A stretch of DNA of 45,923 nt. Source: an uncultured Bacilli bacterium (GTDB lineage Bacteria; Bacillota_I; Bacilli_A; RF39; UBA660). This document shows positions 18,163-28,964 of this stretch, piece after piece; positions within the stretch are counted from its first letter, which is position 1, and each line of letters opens with the position of its first letter. The position numbers and the translations under genes are program-made. The stretch spans positions 1 through 45,923 of the forward strand of contig CALVZI010000009.1 in the NCBI GenBank assembly GCA_944372485.1, in the 5' to 3' direction. The notes under the pieces were generated by a model, which was given only the letters and a program-made list of their open reading frames with translations, did not search any database and had not been told where the DNA came from.

Positions 18163-19194
18163 ATGAGAAGTGTGGTAAGATATATGAAAGAACCTGGAGT
18201 GAAAAGAGAATATCTTTTTGATAATTTAAAATTTATTTTAATTACGTTAGTAGTAGTTGGTCATATAATGACATCTTTAAGAAGTATTTATGTTGGAAAA
18301 TTTCTTTATCTATTCATATACTTTTTTCACATGCCAGCTATGATTTTTATTTCTGGATATTTTTCTAAAAAATCTATTGTTGATGGAAAGTTAGTAAAAA
18401 ATAAAATATTTAATTATTTATTAATATATGCTATATTTCAGTTTATACTTATGATTATTGGTGAAGGTGGTTTTAGTATATATTGTGCTAAGTTAGGTTT
18501 ATGGTATTTACAATTATTAATTGCTTATCAATTAATTATGCCTGTGATTACTAGAGTTAAACCTAAATATTTAATGGTTATATCTATTTTATTATGTTTA
18601 TTAGTTGGGTTTGATGATTATGCTAAACATACCGCATCTCTTTCACGAATTCTTGTTTTTTTGCCAATATATTTAACTGGTTATTACTTAAATAAAGATC
18701 ATATAAATAAAATGCGAGAAAATCAAATATTTAAAATAATAGCTTTATTATTATTTGTTGGCTTAGGATTTTTTATTGTTAAATTTATGACTAATTTTGA
18801 TTTTAAATATGACATGCTTTATGGCAAAGATTCATATGATTCAATGGGAGTATCAAATCTTTTAGGTGTATTTATAAGAAGTAGTTGGTTATTTATTAGT
18901 ATTTTACTAATTCTTGGTTTAATTACTTTAGTACCAAGTAAAAAAACATTTTATTCAAAATTTGGTAGTAGAACTTTACAAGTTTATTTACTACATTTAA
19001 TATTAATTATTTTGTTAAGACAAAACAATATTTTTAAGATGTTATTAGAATATAATGATTTTTATGTTATAATAGGTTCAGTTATTGGTGGAATACTCAT
19101 AACATTTATATTATCTTTAAAAGTTTTTTCTTATCCTTTTGATTTTTTAATGAATCTTAAATTTAATAAACTTTTAATTGATAAAGATAGTTAG
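18163..19194 (+). CDS. acyltransferase family 3 membrane protein
   Basis: REYLFDNLKFILITLVVVGH N-terminal block plus multiple TM segments. Start is either ATG 18163 (leaderless) or ATG 18184. Confidence 0.75.
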   Translation: MRSVVRYMKEPGVKREYLFDNLKFILITLVVVGHIMTSLRSIYVGKFLYLFIYFFHMPAMIFISGYFSKKSIVDGKLVKNKIFNYLLIYAIFQFILMIIGEGGFSIYCAKLGLWYLQLLIAYQLIMPVITRVKPKYLMVISILLCLLVGFDDYAKHTASLSRILVFLPIYLTGYYLNKDHINKMRENQIFKIIALLLFVGLGFFIVKFMTNFDFKYDMLYGKDSYDSMGVSNLLGVFIRSSWLFISILLILGLITLVPSKKTFYSKFGSRTLQVYLLHLILIILLRQNNIFKMLLEYNDFYVIIGSVIGGILITFILSLKVFSYPFDFLMNLKFNKLLIDKDS

Positions 19195-19200
19195 GGAAGT

Positions 19201-20634
19201 GTGATTGTGAAAAAAAAGAAACAAAAGAAAAATTTAATTTTTAAAATAATTGCTGGGATATATTCAGCCCTTTTTATTGTATTTATGGGAGTATTATTAT
19301 ATTTAAATATAGTTCCTGATAAATACATGTTACCACTATCTATTGTAACAATTTTGATTTCTATTTTATTAGTATTTTTAATAATAAAGAAGAATATTAA
19401 AACTAAAATAAAATGGATTTGTGTTGTATTTATGTGTTTACTTTCTATTATTTATGGAATAGGAACATATTATATGTATACAACAATAAATTTTTTGGGT
19501 AAGTTAGATAATGTAACTAAACAAGTTGAAAAATATTATGTGGTTGTTAATAATGAATCTGATTTTAAAGATGAGAATGATTTAAAAAATGAAGAAATTA
19601 CAGTTTTAAATAAAAAGAATGATTTAGATAATGAAGCTTTAGATAAATTAAAAAAAGAATTATCTGTTACTTATAATGAAGTAGAAAATTTAAATGATAT
19701 TGAATCTTCATTAAAAGATAATGAACCTATATTTGTAAGTAGTTCACTTTATAATATATTATGTGAAAGTATGTATGAGATAGATGAATATAGTGAAATT
19801 CTTTATACAATTGAAGTTAGTAAGAAAGTAAGTAAAATTGAAAATAAAAAAGATGTTACTAATGAAGCATTTAATATTTATATAAGTGGGGCTGATAGTT
19901 CAGGAACTATTAATAGTATGGCTCGTAGTGATGTAAATATGTTAGTTACTATTAATCCTAAAACACATAAAATATTACTTACTTCAATTCCTCGTGATTA
20001 TTATGTTACACTTCATTCTTTTGGAGCTAAAGATAAATTAACACATGCAGGAATTTATGGAATAAATGAAAGTGTTTCAACTGTTGAAGATTTACTTGGC
20101 GTTGAAATAAATTATTATGCTCATGTTAATTTTACGACATTAATTAATATTGTTGATGTTATTGGTGGAATTGATGTATACTCTGATTATACATTTACAA
20201 CTCATGGTATGGGAGTAAAATATACTTTCTATGCTGGTAACAATACTTTAAATGGACAGAAAGCTTTAGCATTCGCTCGTGAACGTAAATCATTTGTTGA
20301 TGGAGATAAACAAAGAGTTAAAAATCAACAAAAAGTATTAAGTGCAATTTTAAATAAAGTTGCTAACAGTACAACAATTTTAACTAATTATTCTGATTTA
20401 TTAAATGCTGTTGGAAGTAGTTTCCAAACTAATATGTCACAAAGTGAGATTACTGCATTAGTAAAAAAACAACTTAATGATATGCCTAGTTGGACTATAG
20501 AAAATATTAGTTTAGATGGTAGTGGAAGTAATAATGTTACATATACATATGGAAATCAATTATTATATGTAATGGTTCCAGATGGAGATTCTGTATATGC
20601 TGCTCAAACCAAAATTAAAGAGGTTATGAATTAA
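19201..20634 (+). CDS. LytR-CpsA-Psr (LCP) family glycopolymer-peptidoglycan ligase
   Basis: N-terminal TM anchors, then ARSDVNMLVTINP...SIPRDYYV...KLTHA...ALAFARERK LCP domain blocks; GTG start. Confidence 0.85.
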   Translation: MIVKKKKQKKNLIFKIIAGIYSALFIVFMGVLLYLNIVPDKYMLPLSIVTILISILLVFLIIKKNIKTKIKWICVVFMCLLSIIYGIGTYYMYTTINFLGKLDNVTKQVEKYYVVVNNESDFKDENDLKNEEITVLNKKNDLDNEALDKLKKELSVTYNEVENLNDIESSLKDNEPIFVSSSLYNILCESMYEIDEYSEILYTIEVSKKVSKIENKKDVTNEAFNIYISGADSSGTINSMARSDVNMLVTINPKTHKILLTSIPRDYYVTLHSFGAKDKLTHAGIYGINESVSTVEDLLGVEINYYAHVNFTTLINIVDVIGGIDVYSDYTFTTHGMGVKYTFYAGNNTLNGQKALAFARERKSFVDGDKQRVKNQQKVLSAILNKVANSTTILTNYSDLLNAVGSSFQTNMSQSEITALVKKQLNDMPSWTIENISLDGSGSNNVTYTYGNQLLYVMVPDGDSVYAAQTKIKEVMN

Positions 20635-20663
20635 TTGTAGAGTATTTTCTACAATTTTTTTTT
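20635..20663 (+). terminator. rho-independent terminator after the LCP gene
   Basis: TTGTAGA-GTATTT-TCTACAA followed by T9. Confidence 0.6.
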
Positions 20664-20668
20664 AAGTG

Positions 20669-20697
20669 TTTACTTTTTTTGTATAAAATGATACAAT
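20669..20697 (+). promoter_or_regulatory. promoter of the arc operon with embedded palindrome
   Basis: TTTACT (20669-20674), 17 nt, TACAAT (20692-20697) with TG at 20689-20690. The palindrome TGTAT-N6-ATACA (20680-20695) overlaps the spacer and -10. Confidence 0.5.
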
Positions 20698-20745
20698 ACT
20701 GATAATAGGGATACCTATAGAAGAGTAAAAAGGAAGGATGAAAAA

Positions 20746-21978
20746 ATGATTCATGTAACAAGTGAAATAAAACCACTTAAAAAAGTTTTATTACATCGTC
20801 CTGGGAAAGAGTTACTTAATTTAACTCCAGATACACTAGAACGATTATTATTTGATGATATTCCTTATTTACCTGATGCTATTAAGGAACATGATGAATT
20901 TGCTTCAATATTGAGACAACAAGGAATTGAAGTTGTTTATCTTGAAGATTTAATGGCTGAAGTAATTGGTATATCAGATGAAATTAAAACAAAATTCCTA
21001 CGTCAATTTATTTATGAAGCAGGAATTCGTACACCAAAATATAAAAATTTGGTATTTGAATATTTATACAATATTAAAGATAATAAAAAATTAGTGTTAA
21101 AAACAATGGAAGGTATTCAAATTGGTGAATTAGATCGTGCTAAAAGAGAAATTGAAAAATCTTTAGTAGACTTAGTTAGTGAAGAATCTAAGTTTATTGC
21201 TGATCCAATGCCAAACTTATATTTTACACGTGACCCATTCGCAAGTGTTGGTCATGGTATAGCTTTAAATAAAATGTATTCTGTAACACGTAATCGTGAA
21301 ACAATTTACGCTGAATATATTTTTGAATATCATCCAGATTATGCTGGTGTAGATAAATACTATGATCGTTATTTACCACATCATATTGAAGGTGGGGATG
21401 TTCTTAATTTAAATGAACATGTTTTAGCAGTTGGATATTCACAACGTACAACAGCTGAAGCAATCGATCAATTAGCTAAAAATTTATTTAAAGATCCAGA
21501 ATGTAAAATAGATACCGTTTTAGCTTTTAATATTCCAAATTCACGTGCATTTATGCATCTTGATACTGTATTTACACAAATAGATGTAGATAAATTTACA
21601 TATCATCCAGGAATTATGGAAACACTTCAAGTATTTGAAATTACTGAAGGTGATATTCCAGAAAGTGATGAAGATTTAAATGTAAAAGAAATTAATGATT
21701 CACTAGAAAATATTTTAGAAACTTATCTAGGATATCCAGTTACACTTATTCCATGTGCTGGTGGAGATAAAGTAAGTGCTGAACGTGAACAATGGAATGA
21801 TGGTTCTAATACCCTTTGTATTGCTCCTGGAGTAGTAGTAGTATACAATCGTAATAATATTACTAATGAAGTATTACGTAAACATGGTATTAAAGTACTA
21901 GAAATGAATAGTGCTGAATTATCACGTGGTCGTGGTGGTCCAAGATGTATGAGTATGCCACTAGAAAGGGCCGATTAA
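20746..21978 (+). CDS. arcA: arginine deiminase
   Basis: 410 aa; [26 protein letters not shown] and the C-terminal catalytic [10 protein letters not shown] block. Confidence 0.95.
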   Translation: MIHVTSEIKPLKKVLLHRPGKELLNLTPDTLERLLFDDIPYLPDAIKEHDEFASILRQQGIEVVYLEDLMAEVIGISDEIKTKFLRQFIYEAGIRTPKYKNLVFEYLYNIKDNKKLVLKTMEGIQIGELDRAKREIEKSLVDLVSEESKFIADPMPNLYFTRDPFASVGHGIALNKMYSVTRNRETIYAEYIFEYHPDYAGVDKYYDRYLPHHIEGGDVLNLNEHVLAVGYSQRTTAEAIDQLAKNLFKDPECKIDTVLAFNIPNSRAFMHLDTVFTQIDVDKFTYHPGIMETLQVFEITEGDIPESDEDLNVKEINDSLENILETYLGYPVTLIPCAGGDKVSAEREQWNDGSNTLCIAPGVVVVYNRNNITNEVLRKHGIKVLEMNSAELSRGRGGPRCMSMPLERAD

Positions 21979-21979
21979 T

Positions 21980-22969
21980 ATGAATTTAGCAGGTAGAGAT
22001 TTTTTAAAACTATTAGATTATTCGAAAGAAGAAATTTTATATTTAATAGAACTTTCTAATATATTTAAACAAAAGAAAAAAAACGGAGAGCCACATAATT
22101 ACTTACGTGGTAAAAATGTAGCTTTATTATTTGAAAAAGATTCAACAAGAACTCGTTGTGCATTTGAAGTTGCTGCTTATGATTTAGGTATGCATGTAAC
22201 TTATTTAGGACCTACAGGAAGTCAAATGGGTAAAAAAGAAAGTATTGCTGACACAGCTCGTGTTTTAGCTAGAATGTATGATGGTATTGAATATCGTGGT
22301 TTTAGTCAAGATATTGTTGAGGATTTAGCAAAATTTGCTGATGTACCAGTATGGAATGGACTTACTAATGAATTTCACCCAACACAAATGTTAGCTGATA
22401 TGCTTACAGTTAAAGAAAATTTTGGAACTCTTAAAAATTTAAACTTAGTATTTATGGGAGATGCTCGTAATAATGTTGGTAATTCATTAATGGTAGTATG
22501 TTCAAAATTAGGAGTTAATTTTACTTGTTGTGCACCAAAAGAATTATTTCCAAATAATGAATTAGTTGAACAATGCAAAGTGTTTGCTAATGAAAATGGA
22601 AGTACAATAACTTTAACAGAAAATGTGGAAGAAGGAGTTAAAGGAGCTCATGTAATTTATACTGATGTTTGGGTTTCAATGGGTGAAGATTCATCTATTT
22701 GGGAACAAAGAATTAATCAGTTAAAACCATATCAAGTAAATAAACATGCAATGGAACTTGCTGATCCAAAAGCTATTTTCTTACATTGTTTACCATCTTT
22801 CCATGATACAAATACAAAAATAGGAAAGGAGATACAAGAACAGTTTGGTTTAGAAGAAATGGAAGTAACTAACGAAGTGTTTGAATCAAATCAATCTAAA
22901 GTATTTGATCAAGCTGAGAATAGACTTCATACAATAAAAGCTGTTATGTATGCAACGTTAAAGAAATGA
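21980..22969 (+). CDS. arcB: ornithine carbamoyltransferase (catabolic)
   Basis: [32 protein letters not shown] motifs; located between arcA and arcC. Confidence 0.95.
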   Translation: MNLAGRDFLKLLDYSKEEILYLIELSNIFKQKKKNGEPHNYLRGKNVALLFEKDSTRTRCAFEVAAYDLGMHVTYLGPTGSQMGKKESIADTARVLARMYDGIEYRGFSQDIVEDLAKFADVPVWNGLTNEFHPTQMLADMLTVKENFGTLKNLNLVFMGDARNNVGNSLMVVCSKLGVNFTCCAPKELFPNNELVEQCKVFANENGSTITLTENVEEGVKGAHVIYTDVWVSMGEDSSIWEQRINQLKPYQVNKHAMELADPKAIFLHCLPSFHDTNTKIGKEIQEQFGLEEMEVTNEVFESNQSKVFDQAENRLHTIKAVMYATLKK

Positions 22970-23922
22970 AAAAGAGGATTGTGATCGCGTTAGGGGGAAA
23001 CGCATTAGGAAAAACCCCAGAAGAACAATTAAAATTAGTTAAAAAAACAGCTAAAAGTATCATTGAACTTGCTATGGATGGCTTTGAAATTGTTGTAACA
23101 CATGGTAATGGGCCACAAGTTGGAATGATTAATTTAGCTATGGAAAATTCATATGAAGATGGTGATACACCAGCAATGCCTTTTGCTGAGTGTGGTGCAA
23201 TGAGTCAAGGTTATATTGGATATCACTTGCAACAAGCTATTCAAAGAGAAATTTTAAAACATAATTTAAGAAGAAGTTGTATAACTTTAATTACTCAAGT
23301 ATTAGTTGATAAAAATGATCCAGCATTTAAAGATCCAACAAAACCAATTGGAGACTTTTATACCAAAGCTCAGGCTTTAAAAATAACTAAAGAAAAAGGT
23401 TATGTAATGAAAGAAGATGCTGGACGTGGATATCGTCGTGTTGTTGCTTCTCCAAGACCTTTAAAAATAATTGAAGCAGGAGTAATTAGAGATTTACTTG
23501 AAGAACGTAATATTGTTGTTGCTGCTGGTGGAGGTGGAATTCCTGTTGTAAGAAAATGGAATTCACTACGTGGTATTGATGCTGTAATTGATAAAGATTT
23601 AACAAGTGCATGTTTAGCTGTTGATTTAAAAGCAGATATTTTCTTAATTTTAACAGCAGTTGATAAAGTATATTTAAATTATGGTAAATCAAGTCAAAAA
23701 GGTATTGATATAATGACTGTTAAAGAAGCTAAACAATATATTGAAGATAAACAATTTAGTAAAGGTAGTATGCTACCAAAAGTAGAAGCTTGTATGGAAT
23801 TTGTTAAACATCGTCGTACTGGACAAGCAATAATTACTTCTCTTGACCATGCCTTAGAAGCTCTTATGGGAAAAACAGGAACTGTTATAACTAGAAAGGG
23901 TGATGTATATGGCAAAAAGTAA
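22966..23922 (+). CDS. arcC: carbamate kinase
   Basis: [10 protein letters not shown]...[11 protein letters not shown]...AAGGGGIPV are the carbamate kinase family blocks; ATGA-type overlap with arcB. Confidence 0.95.
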   Translation: MKKRIVIALGGNALGKTPEEQLKLVKKTAKSIIELAMDGFEIVVTHGNGPQVGMINLAMENSYEDGDTPAMPFAECGAMSQGYIGYHLQQAIQREILKHNLRRSCITLITQVLVDKNDPAFKDPTKPIGDFYTKAQALKITKEKGYVMKEDAGRGYRRVVASPRPLKIIEAGVIRDLLEERNIVVAAGGGGIPVVRKWNSLRGIDAVIDKDLTSACLAVDLKADIFLILTAVDKVYLNYGKSSQKGIDIMTVKEAKQYIEDKQFSKGSMLPKVEACMEFVKHRRTGQAIITSLDHALEALMGKTGTVITRKGDVYGKK

Positions 23923-25360
23923 GAGAAAAAAGCATGAGTTTTTAACAGCGTTCTCAATTATATTTATTTTAATATTTGGTTTAGGACTATTATCACATCT
24001 ACTTCCAAAAGCTGAGTTTGTAGGAGATGTAATAGTAAATGGTAGTGGTGTAGTAGGAGCATCTTTATCAGATATCTTACTTTCACCAATACTTGGTTTT
24101 GAAAATGCTATTGATGTATGTATATTTGTTCTTGTTTTAGGAGGTTTCTTAAAAGTTGTTGCTAATACGCAAGCTCTTGAAACAGGAATTAAAGTTTTAG
24201 TAAAAAAATTAAAAGGTAAAGAACTAGTATTAATTCCAATTTTAATGTTCTTATTCTCAATTGGTGGAACAACTTATGGAATGTTAGAAGAAACAGTTGG
24301 TTTCTATGCACTTTTATCTGCAACTATGGTAATGGCTGGAATGGATACTTTAGTTGCTTCAGCAATCGTTTTACTTGGAGCTGGTAGTGGTGTTTTAGGA
24401 TCTACTATTAATCCATTTGCGGTTGGTGTGGCAGTTAGTGCCTTACCAGAAGGATTAGTTGCTAATCAAGCATTAATTATTGGAATTGGAAGTTTACTTT
24501 GGTTAACTACATATCTTATTTCAACTTTATTTGTATTAAGTTATGCAAGAAAAGTTATAAAAAGAAAAGGTTCAACTTTCTTAAGCTTACGTGAAAGACG
24601 TAATATGGCTGCTGAATATGGAAAGAAAGATAACAAAGAAATTGCTAATGCTAAATTAAGTGGTAGTCAAAAAATCACTTTATGCTTATTCGCATTAACA
24701 TTTGTAGTTATGATTATTGGATTTATTCCATGGGAAGAATTTGGTATTTCAATCTTTACTTCATGGACAGCATGGTTAACAGGTGCACCTATTGGAAGTT
24801 GGTATTTCTATGATGCTGCTTTATGGTTCTTGTTAATGGCTATTATTATTGGTATATTAAATAAAGATGGAGAAAAGAAGTTTGTAGATTTATTCATCGA
24901 TGGTGCAGATGACATGGTTGGAGTAATATTAATTATTGCAATTGCTCGTGGAGCATCAGTATTAATGCAAAGTACATATTTAGATAATTATATTATCTAT
25001 AATGCTGCTGAATTACTACGAAATGTTCCAATTCAAATATTTACACCATTAAATTACATTTTACATGTAATATTATCAGTATTAGTTCCATCTAGTTCAG
25101 GACTTGCAACACTTTCAACTCCTATTATAGCTCCACTTGCTAGTGAGTTAGGATATAATGTTGAAAGCACTATAATGACAATGGTTGCTGCAAATGGTCT
25201 TGTTAACTTATTTACACCTACTTGTGGTGCAATTATGGGTGGACTTGCTTTAGCCAAGGTAGAATATCCAACATGGATACGTTGGGCCTTAAAAGTAATT
25301 ATTACAATTGCCATTGTAAATATTGTAATTCTTACATTTGCTACTTTAGTATTATCATAA
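23909..25360 (+). CDS. arcD: YfcC / C4-dicarboxylate-anaerobic-carrier family membrane protein, likely arginine-ornithine exchanger of the arc operon (ArcD of streptococcal type)
   Basis: About 480 aa polytopic protein, last gene of the arc operon, overlaps arcC. RBS GAAAGGGTG precedes ATG 23909 (the track ORF starts at GTG 23900). Confidence 0.6.
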   Translation: MAKSKRKKHEFLTAFSIIFILIFGLGLLSHLLPKAEFVGDVIVNGSGVVGASLSDILLSPILGFENAIDVCIFVLVLGGFLKVVANTQALETGIKVLVKKLKGKELVLIPILMFLFSIGGTTYGMLEETVGFYALLSATMVMAGMDTLVASAIVLLGAGSGVLGSTINPFAVGVAVSALPEGLVANQALIIGIGSLLWLTTYLISTLFVLSYARKVIKRKGSTFLSLRERRNMAAEYGKKDNKEIANAKLSGSQKITLCLFALTFVVMIIGFIPWEEFGISIFTSWTAWLTGAPIGSWYFYDAALWFLLMAIIIGILNKDGEKKFVDLFIDGADDMVGVILIIAIARGASVLMQSTYLDNYIIYNAAELLRNVPIQIFTPLNYILHVILSVLVPSSSGLATLSTPIIAPLASELGYNVESTIMTMVAANGLVNLFTPTCGAIMGGLALAKVEYPTWIRWALKVIITIAIVNIVILTFATLVLS

Positions 25361-25386
25361 AAGAGTTTTTTACTCTTTTTTATTTT
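25359..25386 (+). terminator. rho-independent terminator of the arc operon
   Basis: AAAAGAGT-TTTTT-ACTCTTTT followed by a T-rich tract. Confidence 0.6.
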
Positions 25387-25433
25387 GTAATTTTAAAAAA
25401 AAGTGATATAATATTTAAACATGAGGGGATATA

Positions 25434-25886
25434 ATGAAGTTTAATTTAAATTTTTTTACAATGGAAAGCTTTGACTTTTGGAATACTAATCATTTAAAAG
25501 CTTTAGAAAAAATAAAAAAAGATAATCAAATTAATAAATATTTTACTAATTTAAATTTAGTTTTTTTTGAAGTAAATGAAGATTCTAAACTTCAAGGAAA
25601 TTATTTAGTATATTTAGGCAAAGTTAATATTGGTTTTATTAGATTGATTGAAAATGGCAATTGTTTAGAAATACAATATGGAATATTTGAAGAATTTAGA
25701 AGAAGAAAATTAAGTATTGCATTATTGAATGCAGTTATTGATGAATTGAAAAAATATGATATTGATAAATTGGTTCTTTATATAAAAGATGACAATATTC
25801 CAAGTATTAAATGTGCTAATAAATTTGGTTTTGAAATTGAAAAAGAAAATATTGATGAAAAAGTTTATTCAAAAAAATTAAGGTGA
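25434..25886 (+). CDS. GNAT family N-acetyltransferase
   Basis: 150 aa; IGFIRL...FEEFRRRKLSIALLNAVIDELKK...NIPSIKCANKFGFE fits the GNAT motif A (R-x-x-G/K-x-A/S) and C-terminal beta-strand pattern. Confidence 0.65.
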   Translation: MKFNLNFFTMESFDFWNTNHLKALEKIKKDNQINKYFTNLNLVFFEVNEDSKLQGNYLVYLGKVNIGFIRLIENGNCLEIQYGIFEEFRRRKLSIALLNAVIDELKKYDIDKLVLYIKDDNIPSIKCANKFGFEIEKENIDEKVYSKKLR

Positions 25887-25890
25887 TAAA

Positions 25891-26325
25891 ATGGATGAAA
25901 AATTAAAACGCAGTATTATTTTGGATCATTATCAAAATCCCCGTCATCGAGGTTTAATAGATGATAAAAATTATTTAACCTCTAACACTAATAATGATAG
26001 TTGTATTGATGAAATTAATTTGATGGCCAAGATTGATGATAATAAAATCAGTGATATTAGATTTGATGGTGAAGCTTGTGCAATATGTACTAGTTCTACC
26101 TCAATTATGATTGAAACTTTAATTGGTAAATCTAAAGAAGAAGCAAAGAAAATTGTTTCAAATTTTGAGAATATGATTGATGAAAAAGAATATGACGAAG
26201 AATTATTAGAACAAGCAATTGTTTATAATGATATTTATAAACAAGCAAATCGTAAAAAATGTGCCTTACTGCCATGGTGGGGAATGAAAAAGATATTAGA
26301 AAAGGATGATGTTAATGAAAAATAA
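25891..26325 (+). CDS. sufU: SUF-type Fe-S cluster scaffold/sulfur acceptor SufU (IscU/NifU-like)
   Basis: ILDHYQNPRHRG...NDSCIDEINL...FDGEACAICTSSTSIM...RKKCALLPW shows the three conserved Cys and the SufU N-terminal block. Confidence 0.85.
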   Translation: MDEKLKRSIILDHYQNPRHRGLIDDKNYLTSNTNNDSCIDEINLMAKIDDNKISDIRFDGEACAICTSSTSIMIETLIGKSKEEAKKIVSNFENMIDEKEYDEELLEQAIVYNDIYKQANRKKCALLPWWGMKKILEKDDVNEK

Positions 26326-27232
26326 ATATTATAGAGAATTAAAAGGAAAATATGGGAAGTCTGTTTATGATATGTTTAAACATTTTGTTTCAGTAAAAAT
26401 TTTTGTTAATGAAGGTAAGGAATACAGCTATGATAAAACAATTATAGCCTATCCACATTATAAACTGGATTTTACTAAAGAAAATTTAGAAACATTAGAG
26501 ATGATTGATATTATATCTGGTGAAAAATATTCTTTAAAATCAGATGTTAGCGTTGGAGAAAAGTGTTTTACACTAGATCATATTAGTAAAATAGATGAAG
26601 ATTTATTTAATAGAGAATATCAAAAAAATGAAGAGGGACGTTCAACTATTACTTACGATGTTACAAATTTTGATAAAACTATTATGCAAATGAAAAATTT
26701 TATTTTAACTACACATGGAACTTCTAGATTGGAAGAATTTAAACGTTTAGAATTTACACCTGAAGAAATAGAACTAAAAGAGAAGAAAAGATATATATTA
26801 GAAAACGATTCGACTCTTTCATCTATAAACATTGCTAACACATGTTATGTTTCAAGAACTGATAAACCACTTTCAGGTAGTATGCGTAAAAGTAAAATAA
26901 AATTTCTTTTATCTAAAACTAATGTTCCAATATTGATTAGAGATGATAAGGCAATTGACTTATTGGATGGAGAGACAGAATATGATATTTTACAGTATAC
27001 TGTTACTGGTAAAAGATTTTCAAAAAAAATTGAACTAATTGATGACCAATATAATCAAATATATCAAGATTTATTAAAAGGTAACATTAAAGAGTATATT
27101 GATGGTTACGCCAATATTAATAGATTAGGTTATGATAGTGTATTTAATTTTAGTATTGATGAATTAAAAACAATTACTGATAATGCAAAAAAAATATTAG
27201 CAAAAGAAAAACAAAAAAAATTAGTAAAATAA
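26315..27232 (+). CDS. hypothetical protein (about 305 aa) between sufU and sufB
   Basis: Long ORF overlapping the sufU 3' end. RBS AAGGA precedes ATG 26315 (the track ORF starts at 26306). No motif recognised. Confidence 0.6.
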   Translation: MKNKYYRELKGKYGKSVYDMFKHFVSVKIFVNEGKEYSYDKTIIAYPHYKLDFTKENLETLEMIDIISGEKYSLKSDVSVGEKCFTLDHISKIDEDLFNREYQKNEEGRSTITYDVTNFDKTIMQMKNFILTTHGTSRLEEFKRLEFTPEEIELKEKKRYILENDSTLSSINIANTCYVSRTDKPLSGSMRKSKIKFLLSKTNVPILIRDDKAIDLLDGETEYDILQYTVTGKRFSKKIELIDDQYNQIYQDLLKGNIKEYIDGYANINRLGYDSVFNFSIDELKTITDNAKKILAKEKQKKLVK

Positions 27233-27262
27233 AGAAGATTTTGAAAATCTTCTTTTTCTTTT
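27232..27262 (+). terminator. rho-independent terminator between the unknown ORF and sufB
   Basis: AAGAAGATTTT-G-AAAATCTTCTT palindrome followed by TTTCTTTTTT. Confidence 0.6.
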
Positions 27263-27298
27263 TTCTTTTTTTTATTATAATATATAAGTGGTGATGTT

Positions 27299-28612
27299 AT
27301 GAAAACATTAGATGTAGGAATAAATGAAGATGTTGTTAGAGAAATATCTCATTTAAAAAAAGAGCCTAGTTGGATGACTGAATTTAGAGTTAAAGCTTAT
27401 AAAAAATTTTCTAAGTTAAGTAATCCTAATTTTGGCCCAGAACTTAAAATAAATTTTGATGAAATTCATTATTATAAAAAAGTAAGTGATGTAAAAAATA
27501 AATGGGAAGATGTTCCTAAAGATATTAAAGATACTTTTGATAAAATAGGAATTCCTGAGGCTGAACAAAAATATTTAGCTGGTGTAGGTGCTCAATATGA
27601 AAGTGAAGTTGTGTATCACAATATGATAAAAGAATTAGAAGACAAAAATATTATTTTTTGTGATACTGATACAGCTTTAAAAAAATATCCAGAACTTTTT
27701 AAAGAATATTTTAACAATTTAGTAAAATATAATGAAAATAAATATACAGCTTTAAATGGGGCAGTATGGAGTGGAGGAACTTTTATTTATGTTCCACCTC
27801 ATACTAAGTTAGATCGACCATTACAAAGTTATTTTCGTATTAATACACGAAATATGGGACAGTTTGAAAGAACAATTATAATTGTTGATGAGGGTAGTGA
27901 TCTTCATTATATGGAAGGTTGTACAGCTCCAACTTATACAACAGATTCACTTCATGCGGCAGTCGTAGAGATATATGTAAAAAAAGGTGCAAGATGCCGT
28001 TATACGACAATCCAAAACTGGTCTAATAACGTTTATAATCTAGTAACCAAAAGAGCAATTGTTGAAGAAGATGGATTAATGGAATGGATTGATGGTAATA
28101 TTGGTTCTAAAGTTAATATGAAATATCCTTGTTGTATATTAAATGGAAAACGAGCTCAAGGGAATTGTGTTTCTATTGCTGTTGCCACTGATAATCAAAT
28201 TCAAGATGCTGGAGCTAAAATGATTCATCTAGCTCCATATACAAAAAGTAGTATTATAAGTAAATCAATTGCTAGTAATGGGGGAAATGCAACTTATCGT
28301 GGGCTTGTAAAAATTTCTAAAAATGCAAAAAATTCCCAAAGTACAATAAAATGTGATACAATAATATTAGATAAGGATTCTAAAAGTGATACAATCCCTG
28401 TTAATATAGTAAATAATAAAACGTCTTCTATTAATCATGAAGCGACTGTATCAAAAATTAGTAAAGATAAATTATTTTATTTAATGAGTCGGGGACTAGA
28501 TATCGAAAAAGCTAAAGAGTTACTTATTATGGGATTCTTAGATCGTTTTAGAGAAGAATTACCAATGGAATATGCGGTTGAATTAAATGCATTATTAAAA
28601 AATTATTTTTAA
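27299..28612 (+). CDS. sufB: Fe-S cluster assembly protein SufB
   Basis: [24 protein letters not shown]...[10 protein letters not shown]...TIQNWS...VTKRA...[18 protein letters not shown]...YRGLVKI...HEATVSKI...LFYLMSRG is collinear with SufB. Confidence 0.9.
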   Translation: MKTLDVGINEDVVREISHLKKEPSWMTEFRVKAYKKFSKLSNPNFGPELKINFDEIHYYKKVSDVKNKWEDVPKDIKDTFDKIGIPEAEQKYLAGVGAQYESEVVYHNMIKELEDKNIIFCDTDTALKKYPELFKEYFNNLVKYNENKYTALNGAVWSGGTFIYVPPHTKLDRPLQSYFRINTRNMGQFERTIIIVDEGSDLHYMEGCTAPTYTTDSLHAAVVEIYVKKGARCRYTTIQNWSNNVYNLVTKRAIVEEDGLMEWIDGNIGSKVNMKYPCCILNGKRAQGNCVSIAVATDNQIQDAGAKMIHLAPYTKSSIISKSIASNGGNATYRGLVKISKNAKNSQSTIKCDTIILDKDSKSDTIPVNIVNNKTSSINHEATVSKISKDKLFYLMSRGLDIEKAKELLIMGFLDRFREELPMEYAVELNALLKNYF

Positions 28613-28623
28613 GGGGTGATTAT

Positions 28624-28941
28624 ATGAAGAAAAAAATGTTATGTAGTGCTTTAATTTGTGTATTGTTTGTTTGTGGATGTGGAAAAGGAAAGACTGCTGA
28701 AGAAAAAGTAATGGAAGAATATGCAAAAGATTATTATAAAAATTATATGCAAGATTATGTAATTGGTACAAATAGTGTTGAAATAACTATTGAAATGCTA
28801 GAAAATGCTAAAAAGAATGCTGATGCTGATTATGATTTAGATAAATTAAAAGATTGTAAGTCAACTTCAAAAGTAACATTTAACTTAAAAGGTGATAAAA
28901 ACGAAATTGCAAGTACAACTTTTGATTTAAATTGCGAATAG
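28624..28941 (+). CDS. small lipoprotein of unknown function
   Basis: MKKKMLCSALICVLFVCGCGKG is a signal peptide with lipobox-like VCGC; RBS AAGGGGTGA. Confidence 0.6.
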   Translation: MKKKMLCSALICVLFVCGCGKGKTAEEKVMEEYAKDYYKNYMQDYVIGTNSVEITIEMLENAKKNADADYDLDKLKDCKSTSKVTFNLKGDKNEIASTTFDLNCE

Positions 28942-28964
28942 ACAAACTTTACAAATTAGTTAAA

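Noticed and set aside
22375-22578. 67-aa minus-strand ORF
   Set aside because: Antisense inside arcB, whose frame is supported by OTCase motifs.
23486-23957. Two minus-strand ORFs (23486-23692 and 23694-23957)
   Set aside because: Antisense inside arcC/arcD; Gln/Leu-rich shadow translation; no start signals.
25054-25434. Minus ORF 25054-25314 and plus ORF 25222-25434
   Set aside because: Both overlap the 3' part of the YfcC-type carrier gene in other frames, and the plus one runs through the operon terminator; no RBS.
26653-26841. 62-aa minus-strand ORF
   Set aside because: Antisense inside the 26315-27232 ORF; no RBS.
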